Below are positions 50,201 through 64,000 of a stretch of 64,000 nucleotides of DNA, piece after piece (position 1 is the first letter of the stretch; each line of letters opens with the position of its first letter). The notes under the pieces were generated by a model that saw only the letters and a program-made list of their open reading frames with translations, ran no database searches and was not told where the DNA came from. The position numbers were made by a program, and so were the translations under genes. This DNA is from Takakia lepidozioides (lineage: Eukaryota; Plantae; Bryophyta), in the NCBI GenBank assembly GCA_030704615.1, contig CM060731.1:19344001-19408000 (forward strand), given 5' to 3'.

Positions 50201-52904
50201 GTACTGTGTCCCGTTGACTTTTGGGCCCTTCATGGGACAATTTCTTTGCATCATCCTTTGTCTTCGTGCTTTTCTTGTCTTCGTATGTTATATGCCATTG
50301 GCCTTGAAGCACTTTTCGGGCTCCCTATGACTCCGAGATTTCTTTCTTTCTCACTGTCTGTTGAGGGTTAACATCCTTTGGGGAGTATGCCCCGAAGGGT
50401 ATGCCATAGCTAATGTCTGGAGAAAGTGCTCAATGACTACATTTCCCTCTTCTTTTGCTGGTATTCAATGAGAGACTTTCGTTCTGGATGGCTAGAGATG
50501 TCTAAATGAAGGGATTGGGTATGAGAGAGCTATGACAGTCCATACAGAGGCTGTCACATGTCACTTAACCAGTAGGGAATGCATTTCCATCGGGTCTATT
50601 GCTTCAAGAAGGATACAACATCTGTTCTAATGGAAAGTCATCGCAGTGGACAAGTATCAGTTCTTAATTAACAAACCATAAGACTGTGTTGCTCTGAGTT
50701 GAATTAGCTTCTTACTTTTGAGGCCATGCAGGTGTATGCAGACTTTTTCGCAATTGTAATACTTTTCTCTGGAGGGGGACTTGCTGTGTATGGTGAGCTT
50801 GGCTTCTCAGTCATCTTCCAATTTGAATTCTCTTGTCCACACTTGATAGGGGAGGGGAGGGGAAGGTGAAAGGGGGGGACGACTTCTGTTTCAGCTGTTG
50901 GATTGCGCAGCTTTGGAACTTACCTGCCATATTCAGTTATGAAATGCTGCATATATATTAGAGTGCGTCACAGACGAGCCATTGATTCATGTATTTCATC
51001 CCATGCAGATAATTGGGGTGGGTTTTAAGCAAATGTTCCTCACACACTCAAGACAGCCTGTGCACCCTGGGCAATATTCATACTATGCATTATACTCGAT
51101 ACGTCAATATTTATACTCTCCAACTAAAATAAGCAACTCATTTTGTCAAAGCAGTAGCTTGTAGAAAATTGTAAAAGTGAATGATAAGATTGAATTTCAG
51201 GGATATTACATCCTTTCAAGTGTCAGATGTTCATTTGGTTCCTCTGAATAGCTTTAGAGTTGTTCCCTCTCAAAGAGTCTTGAGGTGTTTGCTTGATGTT
51301 GTCTTTATTCTTTCAGGGCTGCTTTTATACACCAAGATGTGCAGGGTGAAGTCATGCAAGGCTTCTGCAGATATTAGAAAGGTGCAATTTTGTTTGTGTA
51401 CTGATCCTTTACTAGGGCTCGTGCATACTATTATGTGTTATACCATGCCACGGTTATCTTATATAGGATAAAATTGAACAGTGAGTGCAGGTTTTTAAAC
51501 ATATACATTTACTGATCTGCATGGGTCTTCATGCCATCAGTGACTATTTACTGGCTGCAGGTGGCAGGGTTGGCAATGGTCTCAGTAGTCTGCTTCTCAC
51601 TTCGAGCTTTTTTGGTGCTCTTCAGTGACATCCCTGTAAGCCTCTGAGCACCTAAGATTGTCACGGTATGTTTGAAACTGAATAAAGAGTTAACAGTACA
51701 ATAGTAAGTAAATGAGATGATAAGCATGGATATTACAAGTGATCTCATGAGAAGCAGTGAGATCTCGTGGGCCTGATGACACCACTTGTCATCACGATCC
51801 GGTGGTTGTCGTTTCAAATCTGAACCACTCGCTGTTGTGTTCAAAGGAATAGCTATCATGCTGATTCATTGAACCCCTTTCTCTTCCTGACAGATCTAAT
51901 TTTCTGTACGTTATATAGCAAGGTCAAAGAGTCCTTGAGTGGAATCAAATCAGGACAATCTATTCTACTTGGTATTTGATGTTGGTTTGCTTCTGATTAT
52001 GTTTGCTCATGGCGTGGAACAGGTAATCTGGCATTTTCATGATGTGGAAAGTCAGCTTTTTCCACCACTTACCTTCTTGTATTATGTAATAGGTATTTCC
52101 TCTAGCTTGCCTTTGAGGTTTTGCTTACATGTAGTGTTGGCTGCATTTGAATTGTTTTTGAAGTTTTATCTTACCTTGACTTTTCTAGTTTCACACAATT
52201 TTGAAGTTCCAAGTAAACAAGAAGGTCAAAGTTATCTCTTTTTGTAATTGATGTCTATGAGAGAGTACCAGAGATCTTGGTAAACAATTCAGATCTTTGT
52301 CCAGATCTGCTCTGTCCAAAATGAATGCAAAAACATTTGCAGACAGCAAGTGTGAGTTGTCTTACTCTCCTTCCTGGCTCTTTTAGCTTTTGGTGATTAT
52401 CATTATTCTAGCAATGATAATTCGATATGTGCTCAGCTTCCCTCACAAAGGGAATACGAGTGAAATCTTTGTGATAGAGTAATTCAATGTGCTGGAAAAC
52501 GTCTACATGTGCTTCTTTGACAGGTGTGCAAACTAATGGTTTGAATTGACCCCCAGCTCTGCAATCTATTGTCCTGTGTTCTTGGTACAAGTTATCTATG
52601 GCACTTGGCATTGCTTGTGGTTGTTATGGCAGGGGAAGCTATACCTTCCATTGTTGTGCTATGGGTGATGAGAGAGATGCCCCCCCGTTCACATGATAGT
52701 GGTTTGAGAGGTTGTGGCTCACCTGTCGAATCCACAGAGAATGGCTTACTCGAACAAGCTCTAATACCAGACACAACAGTCGTGCCACAATGGGTAGTTT
52801 CGTCAGCTGGCCAACCCTATCTTGTGCTTCCAGCTTCCTCTTCCAGTGATATTCCTTTGATGCAGCCTGAGGTAGCTCCAAGAAACCATTGTTCAGAACA
52901 ATGA
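47231..52904 (+). CDS. Tobamovirus multiplication protein 1 / THH1 / TOM3-like (DUF1084) multipass membrane protein, ~12 exons
   Basis: Exons MEKGGK..AALQ (47231-47329), LLRLYVHNRHAGWNRQK (47543-47593), VFHCMIGASNL, GYFMYF..CWSNACGFILI, AAPQIIFLATFLLLLSFW, VDLCHQ..., GGGLAVY, GLLLYTKM..DIRK, VAGLAMVSVVCF.LR, FLYYVI, GEAIPSIVVLWVMREMPP..*. Joined by canonical splice sites except the first coding donor (GC). Confidence 0.88.
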
Positions 52905-54222
52905 GGTTAATGATACAGGTGATTATCACAAACGCGGACCCATGCTCCTTCTGTATGCTCGTCTTCTAAGGAAGTGGGGGGTTGAGATTGAGGTCTATTT
53001 TATCTAGCTGCCTAGGACATGTTGCTTGAACATGAATGGCTTGAAGTTGTAAACTTCTCTTGGGCCTCAAACGAACAAATGGTAATTCAGGAATGGACCA
53101 ACTTTGTGCTCTCTGCAGTATTCAAACTAGAAGTAGACGAACATCACAAGTGAATGTAGCTGGGAGGAAGGGATAGGGATTCCATGCACTCTCTTCTGAT
53201 CAGGATAGTGTACAACGGGTACTTCCCACCTGGTTTTGCTAAGGTTGACTGATTGGATACCATGCCTTTGCTTACCCATCCTGGTGTGATATTGGGCTTG
53301 GAAGTAGTTTTGTCTCCAGTGCTTTGTGTAGTATTGAGCATATGTCTTCCAAATTTAAAGTTCTGGAAAGTAACAGTGTTGTTGGTTTGGTTGCCAGCTT
53401 TTGGGGAGTGGCGGCCCTGGGTAGGGATTTATTTTAGCCTGCAAAAGTTGGTCAGGTATGCCTTATGAATGACAGTCACAGCCTCAGAGGCCCCGAGCCT
53501 CTACCTTCACACATACTTTGACAACAGAGGAAGTGGAGAAAGAGATGCCTCATGGTCCCAAATCTAGGAGGCAAGGGACTTGGGGGCGAGTTATCAAGAG
53601 AATGTGTTTGAGAGTGCCACGTGATGAGACAGATGTCAAGTGGGATGTTTCTTGAAACTTGTACAGCTGTCATCAGTCCGGCTTCTGGGACTGCAGGAGC
53701 TGTGAGGTAGTGTACTTGACTTCTAATCACATAACTTCTGACTAACTTCTATGCTTAAAAGTGAGTTGGAGCCCATTCTTTACCTCATGATCTGACAGAT
53801 TACCCAGTTCGAGTCCTGGAAACATTAGAACTTTTCTCCTCTTAGAAGAGAGCAGTGAGTAAGAAGTGCTCTCTATGTGCATAGACTGTCATTTGGATGG
53901 TCAGAAGCATCTCCATCAGTTAGGAGTGTCTTCATTTAACCATCCATTCTGTACACTACAGCAGCAAGAATTTGCTTAGAAACAAACTTGAATAACAGAC
54001 TCGGTACAGGTTGAAAGCTCATAATTTAGGTAGTGCTGAAATTGGAGTACTTTCCAGCCAAGTGAAATGCTGGAGGTGAGTCTTCATGTATATCAACAAT
54101 AAAACTTGTTTTTGCTTTGTTGGCCAACCTGCTTCTGAAAGTCAATCTGGACCTCAATAAGTTGTGTGGGTGGAAGGTTTGTGTTGATGGTGCTTTAGGA
54201 AGTTACTATTGGCACGAGAGAT

Positions 54223-56510
54223 AGAAATGAAATGAAATGGTGCTTGATAGAAAGAAAGGAAGAAATGCATTTTATAATGTCTGCAAGAAGCCAAAGGAGT
54301 TTATGGGACCCATACGGATAACTGAGAAGGCTATCTACATAGCTGCACAAAATGGATGCTTCATGAAGGTTAGTTGCCAAGCATTTTTAGGGGAGATGGT
54401 GGTAATCTTATCATAATGCATGAGGCACAAGAAAAATAATATATTCTGTCTCCACAGGGCAAATTCTCTCCTCTGGCACTCTGACACTCCATATGTCTTG
54501 ATTTGGAGATTGCTCAAGCCCTGGTAGGTGATGAGCAGAACCTGTGGAAAAGAAGTGGGCACTAGGATGTGGCTAGAATACTCTTTTCAAAGGTGCTGAC
54601 CCTAGCCTTGTTTGTTGCGATAGACCAGGGTTGGGAGAAGGCAGAGCACACAGTGTACTTACGGAGTGGGACTTACCTTGAGAGTATGTACTCATATGAC
54701 GATGTTTGCACTAGCCTTGTGGCCAAAGACCCCACGCTCAGTTTGGGTGGGACAACAGAGACTGGAAACTACCTTTGTGAGGGGCTCATCCGGTAGTGTG
54801 ACTTACCTTTGTATAAACAAGTAGTTCAGGCTTTCCAGATATAGAAAGCCCTTCACACAAGCATCAATCTGCTGTGTGTAAGCAGCCCAAAAGTTGGACC
54901 CCAACAGGGCCATGGCTTTAGGCTCAGCACCCAAGATTTGGAAAGTTGGTGGACAGAGCTGCTGGGCCAATGTCCTTGACTCTCCTGAAGAGGGTCTCTC
55001 TGGTGAGAATATCCCGGACAATGTATCAGAAAATGGATATCGTCTTTAGGTTGCCCACACCTCGGGCAATTAATCTCCTCTTCCTCTCTGCATCTGTTGA
55101 TCATTCGAAGGTAGGCTTCTTGCCTTGAGTTTAAACTTCAGTCTAGATCATTCGTAACGTCCTCGCCCTTGTCATACACTGGAAACAAGTTCAGGGAAGT
55201 TTGATGCCTGACTCCATTTTCACAACCCCCTCTAGGTCAGCTTCGACAGATATTCAGAAATTTCAAGATCTCTTCTCCCCTTTTCCGCCAAGACTTGGCC
55301 TGTTGACTCAACAGCGTCGATTATTTTAGGGTATCTGGTATTCGGCGAAGACCAAAGCCGGAGCCACAGCCCGTCGTCACGCCAGACTGTGTCATAAGCC
55401 TTTTTGACATACAGGAAGAAGACAAAAGTGGGCTACTCCAGTTCATCAGGCTGTCTTGGAATTCAGGAACTGTAACCTGTTGTATCTAGTGTGTCCTTCC
55501 GCTCTTTAAAATGTCCTTCACTATTATATTTAGATTCATGGCCAAGAAGGCTGAAAGTCATGGAAGTTTTCAAAGGTTTTGACGATGTCAACCGTTGAAG
55601 TCAACACTGCACCCCCATTATTCCTTAAAGCCTGTACTTGCTGGTCATTCTTCGGCTTGTACAAACGCTACATAGTGTAAGGCCAACCGAATCTCTTACC
55701 ACCATTGTTCAAGTTAATGTCTTGGTACAACTTTTCCCAATGAACTTTCTTACGAGTCCTTACAAGCTCATCTCTGCGCAATTGGTAGTATTGAGACCAC
55801 AGATCTTTGTCGTTTTTGATATTACAGCAGTCTACACAAAGTGTCCGTCTCTCAGTGAGCTCCATCTCATTGGTCCACCAATTTACTGCTCTACCACAGA
55901 CAATTACTTTCCTCCCAATGATCTTATCAGCCGCAGAGTTGACGAAACTCTCCCAAGAATCCACAGCTCGTTCGACTTTGCTTCTTGGATCAGCTAACCA
56001 AGAAGAGAGGTGTTGGAGTGATTGAATCAAGTGTGGGAGAGGCTCATTTAAGCCCATTTAAGGTCTGGACAGATTCCGTCTGGACCTCTTCATTCTGGAA
56101 TTTCCTTGCACCACTTTCGAATCGAGCGTTTCACGGATCTCTTGGTGTTAAGAAAACACCTTTTGATCCCAGTCCATACAAGACAGTGGTCAGAAGACCT
56201 AATATCGGTTTTATCAACCGCCACTTTGGGAACAACTCCTTATCGATCACTACGAGATAATCCACAATGGACCGTTCCCAGTTTGGGCTTTTTCACGTTA
56301 AGGGTCTTCCATGGACCTACTGTTCGAAGTCAGCAGCTGAAGTTCGACCATCAAATTGACAAGTCATTTTCCATGGGAATTCTGCTCATCCTCACCAAAA
56401 AGCCCTCTGAGATGTGTCGTTGTAGACTCTTGCCCACCCCGGCAATAAAGTCCCCTAACAAGACCACATGGCCTTTGGTGAGGAACTTAGCACAGTCCAG
56501 CTTGACTCAA
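54223..56510 (-). mobile_element. Degenerate LINE (APE endonuclease, RT remnant, C-terminal CCHC) with (CATTT)n tail
   Basis: HVVLLGDFIA (~56450), DIRSSDHCLVW (~56190), FFLYVKKAYDTVWRD (~55400), CPRCGQPKDDIHFLIHC (~55040); tail at 54225-54238. Confidence 0.8.
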
Positions 56511-58100
56511 CCCTGGTGAGGGTGTGGGACGACACTGATAGCTCAAGGAAGTGAAGCTAGTTTTCAGATGACTGTTCTATGTCTTATGTTGAGCACAGAA
56601 TTAGTAATCTGTGGTGGGGTAAGCTAATGTACCTTTATGTGTTCTTTCTGATTTGGTACATATACATATATATATAAGACGCCAACCGAAGTTAGCGTAA
56701 ATAAGAACCTAATTTGGTACATAAAGTTGATGCTTGGACGTGAGGGCAGTCATTAGGAGGAGGATCACTCTCATAAGCTCTTGTTCCAGTAGAACAAGTG
56801 TGGAGTAACATTTAAGGGTTTAGAGTATAGTAGCAACTGCTTGCATCTGCTTAGCCCAGTAATCGCTCCATATGCCCATATGCTATGTCACTTGTGACTC
56901 CCTGCTACATCAAACTTCGGCATCATCTCTTGCATACACAACATACTTCTTATGCCCAATCTCATGTCACTGCTAAATGCTAAAGGGGTAGTTGTCTGTT
57001 TTGCAATGCAACTGACAAAACAAAAGAAACTAGAGGAAGCCATCAAAGAAATAACTTTCAATAAGGCAGACTACTCCCACAAGGCTAGCAACAGAAAAAG
57101 CTCGGTGAGTTGCTGGAGTGTGTATGTGTGTGTGGGAGAGAGAGAACTCATTACACTTTGTTTGTTGCAGTGTGTTATCCATGAGAGAGAGGGAAGGAAA
57201 AGAAAAGAAAAGAAATTGAATGGAACTAAGAAAGAAAGAAACTTATTACATCCGTGGGTCGCAGGAAAGCAGAATGGAGCAGTGTTGGAAGAACCATAGA
57301 ACTATATACAGGGAAAGAGCTTATAGGGACAAAAGAAAGGCAACAGTGAGAGGAATGATGCTTTCCAACAGTAATGTTTTTACTCAAGACTTGTCAAAAT
57401 TGTCACCCTCACGGGTTGAGCTGTATCTACAAGAGGCAACTTAAGTATTCGCCATTCAAGCTGCCTGTGCTTTGAAACCCGCAGCGTTCCTGGCTATCAG
57501 CCTGTCATACAGCACCCAGAAGTTTGGCAGCGTTTGGTGTTGTGTCCTCGACGGCGGGCGGGCGCGTTCGACAAGGAGCAACATATACCTTGGAGCTGAC
57601 TGCACATCTGGCTCGGAGAGGAATTGGCTCTGCGGTGAACAGAACATGCGCCGACTCCACATCAGGAAAGGAAATTGCTTTCGGCATAAGTTTGATTGAT
57701 TCTCTGCAATTTTGGCAAGGATTATCTCGCCCAATCTTAGTTCTGAAGATACAAAGTATGGAGCTCAACGCACCCCCTCATGCCCCGCCCCAGTTTTCAG
57801 GGGAAGTTCCAGTGGTCCTCCTGCTCCCTCCCGCGTGGACTTAAGCAAGAGACAGACATACGTATCTGAATCTGCTGAAATGCCTACTTGGTTTGGAGTC
57901 TGTAGAGCCTGTGTCAGGCTGCCTGCCGCACAAAGTATCTTCACATTATTGATCCTTCTTTGTGTCGAATTGGAAGCAATGACCACAGCGCATCCCCATC
58001 TGTGCGCTGTATAATTTGCAGTTGTGTGTGTGGCCGTTCGATGCGGCTTCATGCGCACATGCAATGCACGGTTTCACTCAAAACTGGCCACAATGCAGGT

Positions 58101-58859
58101 TCAGCTGGTATAGCTCCAGAGACAGGGCTCCCAGTCCTCATAGTCTGTTTGCGAATGGGGACAGTCAAGAAGGCTTGGAACTGAGAATTTAAAGCTGTCC
58201 TCCATTTCTTCCAGTAGTGGAGGCAGGTGTACGAGCCCACAAGATGAGTCGGCCTCCTCCGAACTCATAATCTCCAACCAGCGTTCAAGATCGTCTGAAA
58301 CAGGAACCTGGCTTGGCAATGCGGGGTCACTGCATTCATCCTCCGCCGTCTTCTGTGAAGTTTGGGAATCTGGGTTTGCTACTCCAGATTCTGGTATAGT
58401 TGACGACATTGACTCATCTGCATCTGACTCCAACGGCGTCCTAGGGGAAACAGAGGTGGCCTCCTCAGCGACAAAAACTGGTGTGCAGGGACTGGCGAGA
58501 GCAGCTGCTGCAGCCGCAACAGCTTGAATCTCTCTGGGAGAAAGATGCTGGGGGAAGGACGGAGGGGCGGATTCGGGGAAATTGAGGGGCGCACTGCGGC
58601 CGGGCCTCAAGCACATCACAGCAGCGTCGTAAGCACGTGCCGCCATCTCCGGGGTGGGGAAGGAACCCAGCCAAATTCTAGAACGTTTATTGGGCTCCCT
58701 GATTTCTGACACCCACTTTCCCCATGCCCGCATCCTCACCCCTCTGTACGTCGTGCTTTTTGCAATGGAACCTTTCGACTCGCGATTCACGGGCCCCAAT
58801 AGGTCTGCTCCCCGCTTGGCCTCTTGGGACATAGAGTGTGTCCTTTGCTTCTCGACCAT
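58101..58859 (-). CDS. AP2/ERF transcription factor, DREB subfamily (TINY/A-4-like), intronless
   Basis: [43 protein letters not shown] (V14/E19), [17 protein letters not shown], acidic C-terminus ending LWSY. Confidence 0.95.
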   Translation of the reverse strand: MVEKQRTHSMSQEAKRGADLLGPVNRESKGSIAKSTTYRGVRMRAWGKWVSEIREPNKRSRIWLGSFPTPEMAARAYDAAVMCLRPGRSAPLNFPESAPPSFPQHLSPREIQAVAAAAAALASPCTPVFVAEEATSVSPRTPLESDADESMSSTIPESGVANPDSQTSQKTAEDECSDPALPSQVPVSDDLERWLEIMSSEEADSSCGLVHLPPLLEEMEDSFKFSVPSLLDCPHSQTDYEDWEPCLWSYTS

Positions 58860-60262
58860 CCTCGGGATTTCCCTTTTCTGTCTAGCTTGTAGACTGTGGA
58901 ATGCGAGACAAAGAGACCTATGACTCAGCTGCTAAAAAATGGGAACTCGACTGTACTGCGAAGTTCAGCTCTAGAAGACACAGCCTAGCATTGTAAATCC
59001 TACGAAGAAAGGAGGACACAACTCTGGACAGGCACACGGGGGAGTATGCTGCGCGACAAGAGCACCAATGCGTTGAAACCATTCTTAGGGGTGTATGCGA
59101 GTCTGACACTGAGAGACAGTGTGCGTGAAATGTGCTGGAGGATGTGTGAGAGGAATGTTTGTAAGTAAAAAAGTGAGTATTCTTGGGGAAGGGAGCTACA
59201 GCGAGTTTGAATTGGGCATGTGGTAAGTAGAGAGCTATGGGGTTGAGAATCTCTGAGTGAAGCTGAGATAAGTTATTCCCAGAGCCTCCAGACAGAGAGA
59301 GGAGATGAGGGAGAGAGGAATGGTACAGTGACGATGATCACACACTTGCAAGTTGCATCATATGAACCCGCACACATCCCGCGTGTACAACTGTGAACTC
59401 GCTGCACACGCTTTTGCATTGTTTCTGTGTTCGTTGCTACACGACACAAACATCTCTGGTCCCGAGATCGCCCTTTACTCCCTCACTCTCTCTCGCACAC
59501 TCGCACACGCTCTGCTCTCCTTATCCAATCCTACAGGATCCTTGCGCGTTGCCAAGCCCACGCCTCCGATCCAGATTCACCATTTCCCAGCCGCTCATTG
59601 AGAAAGAGACCAGCTCCAGGTAAAAGATAGCCGCCGTCTGGGGTGCCACCTCAGCAGAATCTTGCCAAATCAGCCCCGTCGTGGCCGTATCAAGTTGGAA
59701 GCCTGTCGTTTGAGACATCAGAGAAGGTGGTGTCAGTGAAGCAGCCACTTGTTAAAGCGCGTTGGAAACGGAAGGGGTGGGTCCATGAGATCTGAAAAGT
59801 AGTCGTTTGTCCTCAGTGAACAGTGTCACACGTGTGCAAGGATTGACGCGTGGGATCAGATATCCATTATACAGTTATTACATCATCCATCCACTCTGTA
59901 CCACGCCTCTGATACGCGCCGTATGGATGGATGCTAGCTGCCGTCGGATGGATGGTGATGCGACAACGCGTCTCTGGGATTCTGTGGATGAACGTGTATG
60001 AGATGAATGGTGTAGCACAGCGTGGGTGGTTTGGCTTTGAAATTGCAGTGAGGGAAGCTCGCGAGCTTGCAAGGCCGTAACTCTCTCCCGAAGGCTTGGC
60101 TTGCAGTCTCAGATCTGAGGCTGCCAACAGGGGAAGCTGGACCATGAGCAGGTTCATCCTTTCTGTAGAAGATCTTTTGGAGTTCTGTTTGGACCCAGGA
60201 CGCCGGCCTTGCATGTAGCCTGCCTCCAGAGCTGTGCGTGCTGAGGGCCAGAAGGAGCAGGG

Positions 60263-63200
60263 ATGGCGGTGAAGCTCCAGCCCGTGCAAGTGCTCTATTG
60301 CTCTGGTATTTCTTCTCAGTGAATTTACTACCTTTCTGGGTCGCGATCTCGCCGCAAATTCTAGGGTTTCCGCGGCGACGTACTTGTAAGTACAATTGGC
60401 TAATGCCTCGTTGGGCACTCCCTTTTGTCTTCGACTTGAGCTGAACCTTTGATCGAAACTGGCTTTCGTTCAGCTTCTTGAGAGTGAAATGAGCACAAGG
60501 AAAGATGTTGCAGATCTTCCACTTCAATGTGACAATAATCCTGGAGATATGGAAGAAGTTGATCCTTTGTGGCTCTTTAGTTTGCTGCCTGTTTTCCCCC
60601 CTGTGTTGAATTTCTCTACGAGGAAATGGACCTTCCTAACAGATTGTGAAATTGCCCCATCCCTTCATCAGAGATCTTTCTAGACCCCTCTAGTTGTTCT
60701 TCCAGAATATAAGTGTCAATTTCTACTCTACAATGTTCTTTTAAAGGCGTTGTGTTAATTTCCATTGATTGTGCAATGATGTAATTGAGAAGCCAGTGCC
60801 ACACTAACAATGGAAGTTGATTGAACAAATAGTGTCCTCTTGACGGGTGGGGGGACCAGTCTGCAGTTTGCCTGCGGAGTATTGTGAGTTTACCCCTGAT
60901 TTTGAGAAGTGCAAACCATGGCTTATCAAGAATGCACCAGAGCTGTATCCTACTTTAATGAAAGGTGAACTGGCATGGGGAGGGGGAGAGAGTTGGAGGT
61001 GCATGTCTGTATTGTTTCCTTCATTGTATCCACTTGCTTTCACATCCTAGCTGACTGTGTTCCACCCTCATGAAGGGGCTCTTGACTTCTATGCAAACAG
61101 TGACCTCAATTTTCTGTGTGTTGCTAAGTTAATTGATGTTGACGTGCTATACTTTCTTTATGTGACCCTCTCTCAGAGGCAGCAGAGAAGACAGCAGAAC
61201 AGCTAGAGGGTCTGGATGTTTCAGGTGAGAAAGGAGATGCCACAAGGAGTCAAGGTAATTATACTGACTTTCTTTCTCAATCGTGTAGGGATTTCAACTG
61301 ACCAGGGTATGTGAAATTGTGAGGGGTATGTGTGTTTTGTGTGAGAGAAAGAGTTTGGAAGAGAGACGAACTCACTGACTATTCCTGCAAATATTGGCTA
61401 TGGCCTACCCTTAGGGCCATAGTTCGTCTTTCCAGTGTCCTTCTCATTGCTCGGACTTGCTGTCATCTCATCTGGATTCTATGGCTGCACAGGAAGCACA
61501 TCTGATGGCAAGAAAGAAGAGGAGGTGAAGAGGCTGCCAGGGGGCAAGGTGAAGAAGAAGGTAACTTTCTAGACTCATAGACTGTAGTTTGGCTTAGTAG
61601 TGGGCCCTTTATATAAAATCATGTCAAATCTGGAGCGATTTGGTGTGCAGGAAAAACCAGAGGTGGTGGTTGAGAAGATAGTGCGCAACAAGCGCAAGTG
61701 CGTGACCATCATCAAAGGCCTTGACATGTTTGGTAAGTATATTCTGCACCCTCCACTAAATATGTGGGAACTTGTATTTAGCCAAATCTGTGTCCAGCAA
61801 ACATTGGCAGGATGCCACAGATTGGTATGGTATCTGGAGAAGCAACAACCAACCTCCCATAAAGTACTTACATAAGTTGCTTTGTGCCCTAAATGCTGAT
61901 GCTACCATTCTTGGAAAGTGGACAATGGATAAGAAGAGTGGATAGGGCACCCCGTATCTCAGCTTGCTGTGGATGGATCGTATTCAACTACTTTCCAGAA
62001 TGTACGAACTGGTACTGCCTCTATCAATATCTACAGTTCTGTTCTTCATCTTCTTTTAGTTATATGTATATGACTAAAAGATGCAGTATGATGGTTGCCA
62101 ATTTGCTCTGCAGGAATCAAATTGAGTGATGCTTCCAAGAAGTTGGGCAAGAAATTCGCCAGTGGGGCATCTGTTGTGAAAGTGAGGTCACTTCCTTCAG
62201 ACTGCATTCATATGGAGAGGATCTGTGGTAGGATTTTAGGGTGAAACACTCTGTCATCAATACACAGAGGGAGGAGAAAGCAGGAGGGAATGTAAGGTCA
62301 AAGGGCATTGATTTTACGGAAGTCTCAATCTCATTGTGGACTTGTTGGTTAGGGCTTTGAGAAAGGCAGAATGGTCCTTAGACTTTGCTTGCCATAGTCT
62401 TATAGCCATGTGAAGAGAGAGAGAATGTACTCATAAGACATTGTTTGCCGTAGCCTTGTGGCTATTGAGCCCGTACCCAGTTTGAGTGGATGCTGGTGCT
62501 GGTAGTATGACTTACCTTGGAACAGAAGATTGATCCGAGTTTTCCAGATATCCTCTAGAAATCCCTTTACACAAGCATCAATCTGCCCAATAACTAGGCC
62601 CCAAAAGGGCTGGGCTTTTGGCTCAGCCTTGAGATTTTCCAAGTTGGTAAACATAAGTACAAGAACAAATCCCTTGATTAAGAGAATGTTCTCATAAGAC
62701 GTTGTTTGCCGTAGCCTTGTGGCCATTGACCCCTCGCTCAGTTCTTTGGTAGAGAGAGAGAGAGAGAGAGAGAGAGAGTGTACTCATGAGACGTTTACAC
62801 CCTGCGCCCAGTTTGGGGGGAACAAGAGAGAGAGAGAAGAGATGTACTCGATGAACCATCCCCTGTGAATGTTGTCTGCCAAAATGCTCTTTAGGTGTCC
62901 TCACAAGCTATGACTCCCTTGCCTGTGGGGTGGTCAACTGCCACAACAAGGAACTTGCCCAAATTGCCTTTGCACTTGAACAGCCACACAGTAAATGGAT
63001 TGAGTACTATTCAAAGTAGAAAGCATTATGTCAAAACTAGCAGCACAGCTCAAACCCTGCGTGGGTGCCACACATGTGACTGGGTAAAGAGAGAAAAAGG
63101 TCAATGCTGGCATGGCATTGCCTCCGTTCAGTTGCCTGGTTGGAGCTCTTGTGTCACTTCCATGTTGATGTATTGTTGCAAGAACCTTTCCATCCAGGTG

Positions 63201-63744
63201 ACATCTTCACTATTGTCGTCCTTTGGCAGGGTCCGACGGAGAAGGAGCAAATAGATGTTCAGGGAGACATAATGTATGATATAGTTGACTTCATCACCGA
63301 GACTTGGCTAAATGTAAATATCTTGATCTCTCCCTTTCTTTGCTGCTCCTTTGATTGTAGGTGGTAAGGTCCAATGCTTTTAGAACTACTTTTGGGAACA
63401 GAAGCTGTCACTAGAACAACAAGAAGAACAACTCGACCCTGCATCACTGTACATGTATATTTTTTTCAGCAATTAGTTAGTTTGTTCTTACCCAATTTTT
63501 TCCTCCAAATGATAATTTCTACAACTGTCTATAGGAAAAAATGGATGCAGGTATGGTTACATGTTGGTGGTGATCTATGCCATGGCTTGTACACTTACTC
63601 TACATATGTTTTGGTATGTTAAGTTTAAGGTGATTTGAGATAAAGATGTAAAAGGACTGAAATATGGATGCTTCTTCATAGCAGGTGCCAGAGTCAGCAA
63701 TTTACTTCATTGAGGATGGAAGGAAGGTACCGGCTGTTGGCTAG
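60263..63744 (+). CDS. DENR: Density-regulated protein / translation machinery-associated protein 22 (SUI1 domain), 8 exons
   Basis: MAVKLQPVQVLYCS (60263-60305) | VCSLPAEYCEF..KCKPWL (60860-60964) | ... | EVKRLPGGKVKKK | VVEKIVRNKRKCVTIIKGLDMF | GIKLSDASKKLGKKFASGASVVK | GPTEKEQIDVQGD | VPESAIYFIEDGRKVPAVG* (63685-63744). Confidence 0.95.
62420..62830 (-). mobile_element. Intronic 3' fragment of the same LINE family, partly duplicated, with (GA)n microsatellite
   Basis: QIDACVKGFL...GKS segment matches 54800-54950; CTCATAAGAC.TTGTTTGCCGTAGCCTTGTGGC is duplicated at 62430 and 62691. Confidence 0.7.
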
Positions 63745-64000
63745 GCACTGACTGTGGTCCATGTGTTACTTTCCATCTATTGTCAAGGGCAGATGTTCTT
63801 ACTGATTACTTTTTATCAAAAGAGGAGCTAGTTTGTACTCAGTTTCTGAGGCTCGTGTAATGCATGATATAGTGATGTGTATTCCTTATCATTCCAAATC
63901 TATCTCAAACCCCCCACCCCACCCCACCCCACTTCCACACACACACCCACCCTGTTCCCCCTTGTCCGTTTCTCTTTTAGTGTTATTAGCAATCCCATGT

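Overview
Eukaryotic nuclear DNA from a land plant, probably a non-seed plant such as a bryophyte or lycophyte (inferred from spliceosomal introns, the gene set and the TE content). Host genes: a frameshifted GH81 endo-1,3-beta-glucanase, a frameshifted and internally deleted KIN17, an orphan membrane-protein ORF, a 12-exon TOM1/THH1-like gene, a DREB/TINY-type AP2/ERF and an 8-exon DENR/TMA22. The centre (12.1-44.7 kb) is a TE cluster. It holds two copies of one Mutator-like (MULE) family with long TIRs and 9-bp TSDs: a 12.3-kb copy with a SWIM transposase and Ulp1 protease, and an 8.0-kb deletion derivative. Between them lies a 10.6-kb Ty3/Gypsy-type retroelement (21717-32328, minus strand). 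This element is the most striking object. Its polyprotein order is Gag(2xCCHC)-protease-DNMT3-like C5 cytosine methyltransferase-RT-RNaseH-integrase-PHD finger. It has exact TGTC...GACA ends and a 4-bp TSD but no detectable LTR pair. Remnants of PIF/Harbinger, LINE, Gypsy RT and RLE-type elements are also present. All calls come from motif recognition by eye; no database searches were run.
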